From Acidobacteriota bacterium (GTDB lineage: Bacteria > Acidobacteriota > CAIWXX01): DNA of 64,000 nucleotides. The stretch spans positions 1 through 64,000 of the forward strand of contig JBFMAF010000035.1 in NCBI GenBank assembly GCA_040755995.1, read 5' to 3'. A program made the translations under genes and the position numbers. The notes under the pieces were generated by a model. It saw only the letters and a list, made by a program, of their open reading frames with translations, was not told the DNA's origin and did not search any database. This document shows, piece by piece, positions 58,294 through 64,000 of this stretch (positions are counted from its first letter, which is position 1; each line of letters begins with the position of its first letter).

Positions 58294-59508
58294 CTACTCC
58301 CTTGTCGTCGTCTTGAGCACGGTCAGGACCTCCCTGGCGATCTCGCGCTCGAACGCCGCCTTCTGCGCCTTGTCCGGCTGCGTGGCGGTGAACTTGGCGG
58401 TTCTTTCGAGGATGCTGCGTTCCTCTGCGAGGAATCGCGGCAGCCAACCCGAGGCGGCGGTGTTGTCGAGCCTGGTCAGGTCGAGGTAGTCGAGGCGCTC
58501 GTCGTCCTGGTACGGCCGGAGGATCCCCTTGAGCCTGAGCGTCTCCGCGAAAAGCGGCACGGGCGATCCCTCCGACAGCTCCGCCGGCACCTCCTCGGCC
58601 TCCACCCACAGCGGCACGGCGATTCCGCAGACAGGCTCGCCGGGGATGATCCACATCGTTGCCTCGCGCGGGTCGGCTCCCTCCGCCACTCCGTGCACCA
58701 CCACGCAGTTCGCCGTCCAGGCGCGGTTGATGGAGTGCTGAGTGAAGATCAGGCGGGGAGGCTGAGGCGGCAACTTCCGCCGGTCTTCCGGTTCGGGGAA
58801 GCCGAGGAGGGAGTTGCCCAGATCGCGGGCTGCGTCACTGAGTATGAACGAAACCGACAGCTTGCCCTCGGGAGCACGCTCGAGCACCTCCGTCTCGCGC
58901 TCGAATCGAACCAGTCCTTTGCCCTCCCCCTGCTTGCCGCTCCGCGCGAAGTTCGTATTCACGATGTACTTCTCGGGCAGCGTTGCGGCGTCGATTCTCA
59001 CGTAGCCGTGATTGTGAGTCTCGAACAGCGCCGCGCCGCCTTCGGAGTCGATCACGCCGAAATTCGCGCGGCTCCCGACGTCGGGTCCGAGGTTGGCCTT
59101 GACGTAGCCTTCGAAATCGTCCGCCGTCCTGCACGTGCGCAGCGCATCCGCCATGATGAAGCCTTCGAGATCCTGCGATTCGCCCGACTTCTGAGGCAGG
59201 TTGTATGCCACCGAGTTCATGATCGCGAACCCGGCACGGTTCAGACCCACCCACGCTCTGCGCCCGGACGGGTCGTCGGCATTCACCACGCAGAGATAAG
59301 AGTATGGAACGTCCTTGACGAAGACGACCCTGTTGGACAGCTCATCCGTGTCACGGTTCTTCCAGAGGATCGGCCTGCCGTCGGTCGCGGCCTGAACGCT
59401 GACTACGGCCGTGGAGCACTCCTCAGCCGCCAGGTCCGGCAGCCAGCCTGCGATCGACCATGTTGTGTGCAACGCGCAGGCGATTGCGAAACGGGCAGCC
59501 CCCCTCAT
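58294..59508 (-). CDS. Exported Ntn-hydrolase (peptidase C45/acyltransferase-like)
   Basis: Signal peptide then CSTAVV...DGRPILWKNRD; AAGGAGG RBS. Confidence 0.82.
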   Translation of the reverse strand: MRGAARFAIACALHTTWSIAGWLPDLAAEECSTAVVSVQAATDGRPILWKNRDTDELSNRVVFVKDVPYSYLCVVNADDPSGRRAWVGLNRAGFAIMNSVAYNLPQKSGESQDLEGFIMADALRTCRTADDFEGYVKANLGPDVGSRANFGVIDSEGGAALFETHNHGYVRIDAATLPEKYIVNTNFARSGKQGEGKGLVRFERETEVLERAPEGKLSVSFILSDAARDLGNSLLGFPEPEDRRKLPPQPPRLIFTQHSINRAWTANCVVVHGVAEGADPREATMWIIPGEPVCGIAVPLWVEAEEVPAELSEGSPVPLFAETLRLKGILRPYQDDERLDYLDLTRLDNTAASGWLPRFLAEERSILERTAKFTATQPDKAQKAAFEREIAREVLTVLKTTTRE

Positions 59509-59573
59509 GACACCTCCTTGTGCAACCATGCAATATGGGCTTGGCAACGAGGTCGTCGCTGCCGTGCGGCGAC

Positions 59574-62417
59574 TTAACGATATCCGACGAGCATCGTGTA
59601 GACGATCAGCACGATCAGCGTGATGCCGACGGCCAGCGCGACGAAGCCGAACGCTCTGAACCCGCGTTCTACGGCTCTCGGGAGCGGCCTCACGATCCTC
59701 TCAGCCTCCTCGCCCTCGGCCGAGATCTTGTCGTACTCGCGCGGCTTGTCGTACTTCAGCTCATCCATCGGTACGCAGCAGGTGAAGATCACAGTGTCCA
59801 TCGGGAACTTGTCGGGCCTGAAGTGCGTGTTGAAGAAATGGACGGTGAAGATGAAAGCCACGGCGAGCAGCGCTTCGTCGCTGTGTATGATGGTGGCGAC
59901 GTTGATGGCGAGACCCGGTAGGATGCGGGTGAAGAACTCGGGAAACCAGAGGATAAGTCCCGTGGACCCGATCACGAACACGCCCCAGAAGACGGCGAAA
60001 TAGTCGAACTTCTCCCAGTAAGTGTACCGGCCGTAGCGGGGCCGCGGGCCGAGTCCCAGGAACCACTTGATCGAGCCCCACAGCTCTCGGAGGTCGTTCA
60101 GGTTGAAGAGCATGGAGTCGGGGTTCGTCAGATAGCGGAACCAGCCCAATTTCGACTCCTTCCGCTTGCGCCGGAGGTCCCAGAGATGGATGGCGAAGAC
60201 GGTCAGGAGGGTGACGGCGGCGATGCGGTGGAGGCCGCCCATCGAGTCGAACCCGCCCAGGATATGCGAGAGCCTCAACGCCCACGGCATGAACGAGAAC
60301 TTGAGTGACATCCCGGAGAGCGCGAGGGTGAAGAAGCTGATCAACATGGTCAGGTGCAGCGCCCGCTCGAGGCTCGTGAACCTCCTGTGACAGACAACGA
60401 CCGTCGTGGCGGTTTCCTTGTGCGGAAGCCACTGCGCGCGTGAGCGCCACAATCGCCACAACCAGGCGAACGTGTGGATGAGCGCGAAGGTCAGGGTGCC
60501 GGCGAGCAGGATGGTCATGCCCCAGAACGAGTAGAAGAGGTAGGGATACTTCTTACGCTCGTGATGCGTGGCGTGCGTCAGGTATCCGGCGAAGCGCCGG
60601 TGCGCGCCGGGATGGCACTGCGCGCACGTCGCTACGACGTTCTGGCGGCTAAGACGGGAATGCGGATCGGTGGTGGGAAGTATGTCATGCGTGCCGTGAC
60701 AGTCGTAGCATTTTGCCGCGCCGGCCGAGCCCAGGCGCGTGACCTTGCCATGATACGTTTCGAAGAAGGTATTCGCCTCGGTCCGGTGGCAGTTGCCGCA
60801 TTGGGACATCATCTCGAAGCGGAAGTCAGGCCGGTCCGTGCGCTTGATGGAATGCGAGGAATGGCAGTCCTCGCAGGTGGGCAGCTTCTTGTCGGTGGTC
60901 GTGTTGCCCGGCCAGTGGACGCTGTTCTTGAACACCTCCTCGATTCCCCGATGGCACCGGCCGCAGGTGTCTGCGATCCGGGACGGATACACGGTCGATC
61001 GCGGATCCGAAGGCGGGAGCTCGCCGTGTGCGGTGTGGCAGTCGGCGCACGTGGCGGTCACCACGAGACCGCTCTGCACCAGGCCGACTCCGTGGATGCT
61101 CATCTGGTAGCTCCTCACGATGTCCGGTACGTCGGACTTGATCCTCACGGCGGCCTTTTCCCCGGCTCGATGGCATCGCGCGCACAGATCGGGGACGTTC
61201 CGCGGGTAGGTCGGCGAGGACGGCAGCAGCCTGCTCTTCGTGTAGTGCCGGTCGTGGCAGTCGAGGCAGGATGGAGCGTCCGGGTCGCCTTTGGCAGCGA
61301 GCGTCCCGTGGGTGCTCCCCCGGTACGTGTTCACCTGCTCGGCGTGGCACACGCTGCAGTCCACCTTCGAACGTATCGTCTCGCAGGGCCTGTGCCGCGA
61401 CTCCACCACTTCCGTGTGGCATTGAGCGCAAGCTGTGCCGGCGTGCATCGAGGCGGCATAGACCTGCCGGTCGACGTAAAGCGACACCTTCTCGCCGTTG
61501 CGGACCACGGCCAGGTCCGGCTTGCCGTGGCACATCAAGCAGTCCTCATTCGCCATCCGCAGAGTGCTGACGACCTTGCGCACCTTGTGCGGCGAGTGGC
61601 ACTCCGAGCAGACCGGGATCTTGTGCGGTTCCTCTTCCCACAGCCTCCCCTCGACGACCTTCTGGTGCACGTCTTCGATTCGCGCGTGACACCTCGTGCA
61701 GGTCCTCGCCACGTTCCTCCGGTTCACACTGGACTGAGGATCCGTGCTGGGCAGGATGCGGTGCGATTCGTGGCACGAAGTGCAGACCGCGGTGACCGTG
61801 AGCCCCTTCTTGAAAAGCCCTTCACCGTGGATGCTCTCCGAGTAGTTCTCCAGGATCCGATCTTGTGGGATATGATGCGTGAGTGATACCGGCGAGCCTT
61901 CGTGATGGCATCGCCCGCAAGTCGCCGGGACGTTCATGGTGGAAGTCGGCGATCGCGGGTCGCTGCGCGGCAGGATGTGGTGCGTTCCGTGACAGTCGGT
62001 ACAGCGGGGAGCGAGCTTGTCGCCGCGCGCGGCCGCCTTGCCGTGCACCGTCTGAGTGACTTCCTTCTGCTCGTTCTCGTGACAGATGCCGCAATCGACG
62101 CGCTTCAGATCCTCCGCGTGCGGGAACTCAGCATTCTCGATGTCCTGGTGACACGCCACGCACTCCATGTCGCGGTGGACGGAGTCCCGGTGCTGCTTGA
62201 TGTCTACGAAGACGGAGATCTCCCTGCCGTCGCGTGTCCCCTTGAGCGTCTCGTCCCCGTGGCATTCCAGGCACGTCTCGGCGTCCTGAGCCCTGCCCAT
62301 CTCGCCCGCCCACAGGAACGCTATGCAGAAGGCCGCGCAGATGATGACGCGATGCGCCAGACGCGACTCGCCACATCCCGTCCTCCCCCAGCCGGCCTCG
62401 CGCAACCCAACACGCAT
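59574..62417 (-). CDS. Multiheme cytochrome c (19 CxxCH) fused to cytochrome b-type membrane domain
   Basis: 19 CxxCH motifs counted; TM domain with conserved His, YWEKFDYFAVFWG, IHSDEALLA, HFFNTH; start uncertain. Confidence 0.9.
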   Translation of the reverse strand: MRVGLREAGWGRTGCGESRLAHRVIICAAFCIAFLWAGEMGRAQDAETCLECHGDETLKGTRDGREISVFVDIKQHRDSVHRDMECVACHQDIENAEFPHAEDLKRVDCGICHENEQKEVTQTVHGKAAARGDKLAPRCTDCHGTHHILPRSDPRSPTSTMNVPATCGRCHHEGSPVSLTHHIPQDRILENYSESIHGEGLFKKGLTVTAVCTSCHESHRILPSTDPQSSVNRRNVARTCTRCHARIEDVHQKVVEGRLWEEEPHKIPVCSECHSPHKVRKVVSTLRMANEDCLMCHGKPDLAVVRNGEKVSLYVDRQVYAASMHAGTACAQCHTEVVESRHRPCETIRSKVDCSVCHAEQVNTYRGSTHGTLAAKGDPDAPSCLDCHDRHYTKSRLLPSSPTYPRNVPDLCARCHRAGEKAAVRIKSDVPDIVRSYQMSIHGVGLVQSGLVVTATCADCHTAHGELPPSDPRSTVYPSRIADTCGRCHRGIEEVFKNSVHWPGNTTTDKKLPTCEDCHSSHSIKRTDRPDFRFEMMSQCGNCHRTEANTFFETYHGKVTRLGSAGAAKCYDCHGTHDILPTTDPHSRLSRQNVVATCAQCHPGAHRRFAGYLTHATHHERKKYPYLFYSFWGMTILLAGTLTFALIHTFAWLWRLWRSRAQWLPHKETATTVVVCHRRFTSLERALHLTMLISFFTLALSGMSLKFSFMPWALRLSHILGGFDSMGGLHRIAAVTLLTVFAIHLWDLRRKRKESKLGWFRYLTNPDSMLFNLNDLRELWGSIKWFLGLGPRPRYGRYTYWEKFDYFAVFWGVFVIGSTGLILWFPEFFTRILPGLAINVATIIHSDEALLAVAFIFTVHFFNTHFRPDKFPMDTVIFTCCVPMDELKYDKPREYDKISAEGEEAERIVRPLPRAVERGFRAFGFVALAVGITLIVLIVYTMLVGYR

Positions 62418-62533
62418 CAGGAGCCGCAGCCTATCAGAGTTCTTGAGGCCGATCAACGCGTCTCGCGAACGACCGGCGCGCCCGCGGCGCTTCCTCCCGG
62501 ACGTCCCGGGCATTCCACGCGAGCCTCCGCCCT

Positions 62534-62575
62534 CATTCTGCATTTTGCCTTTTGCATTTTGCGTTTTTCAGTTTG
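62534..62575 (+). repeat. Heptamer repeat CATTTTG family x6
   Basis: CATTCTG CATTTTG CCTTTTG CATTTTG CGTTTTT CAGTTTG. Confidence 0.85.
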
Positions 62576-62601
62576 CCTTGTCTTCTCCCCTTTGCTATCC
62601 T
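62573..62601 (+). promoter_or_regulatory. Putative gap-pgk promoter
   Basis: TTGCCT-17 nt-TATCCT with TGn extension. Confidence 0.6.
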
Positions 62602-62633
62602 CATCTTCTGCGAAAGAAACCAAGGAGGCATAG

Positions 62634-63632
<999 letters not shown>

Positions 63633-63654
63633 GTCTCGGAAGAGCGGAGGCAAC

Positions 63655-64000
63655 ATGAAACGCTCTATCAACGATGTCGATCTGCGCGGCCGCACAGTCT
63701 TCGTGCGTGTCGACTTCAACGTGCCGCTGGATGAGGCAGGAGGCGTCACCGACGATACGCGCATTCGCGCCTCGCTGCCGACGATCCGCCTGGCCGTCGA
63801 GAAGGGAGCCCGCGTGATGCTGGCGTCTCACCTGGGCCGCCCAAAGGGCAAGCGCAATCCCGCGATGAGCCTGGCGCCTGCGGCCCGGCGTCTGGCCGAG
63901 CTGCTCGGCGCGGGCGTCAAGATGGCTCCCGATTCGATCGGCCCCGAGGTGGCTCAGATGCGGGCGGCGCTCCGAGAAGGCGAAGTGCTGATGCTCGAGA
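63655..64000 (+). CDS. pgk: Phosphoglycerate kinase (5' part; runs off the window)
   Basis: [29 protein letters not shown]. Confidence 0.96.
   Translation, partial: MKRSINDVDLRGRTVFVRVDFNVPLDEAGGVTDDTRIRASLPTIRLAVEKGARVMLASHLGRPKGKRNPAMSLAPAARRLAELLGAGVKMAPDSIGPEVAQMRAALREGEVLMLE

Overview
GC-rich bacterial chromosomal window; gene content suggests Acidobacteriota or similar (inference). From left to right: (1) a 5'-truncated TonB-dependent receptor with terminator, tRNA-Leu(TAA), a PP2C-TM-beta-helix fusion, a DedA protein and a sulfatase; (2) a four-gene B12 methyl-transfer operon (corrinoid protein, homocysteine methyltransferase, reactivation-like domain, non-pyrrolysine MttB) resembling a split, folate-independent methionine synthase; (3) a deletion-scarred accessory region (~11-25 kb) with two toxin-antitoxin pairs, chimeric remnants and secreted proteins; (4) a four-helix-bundle gene and a pseudokinase-RDD-SpoIIM-DUF4129-DUF4350-MoxR-DUF58 operon; (5) housekeeping genes (tyrS, der, gap, pgk), hydrolases, transporters and a 19-heme cytochrome c/cytochrome b fusion. 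Two signals are absent from the ORF track. One is a 73-aa glutaredoxin-like selenoprotein with two in-frame TGA codons, each followed by a SECIS-like hairpin (53967-54188). The other is a dispersed set of in-phase 7-/8-mer intergenic arrays with an apparent polarity (G-rich after stop codons, C/T-rich before promoters or starts). No CRISPR array, rRNA, reverse transcriptase or intact transposase/integrase was seen. Family assignments come from motif recognition by eye, not database searches.
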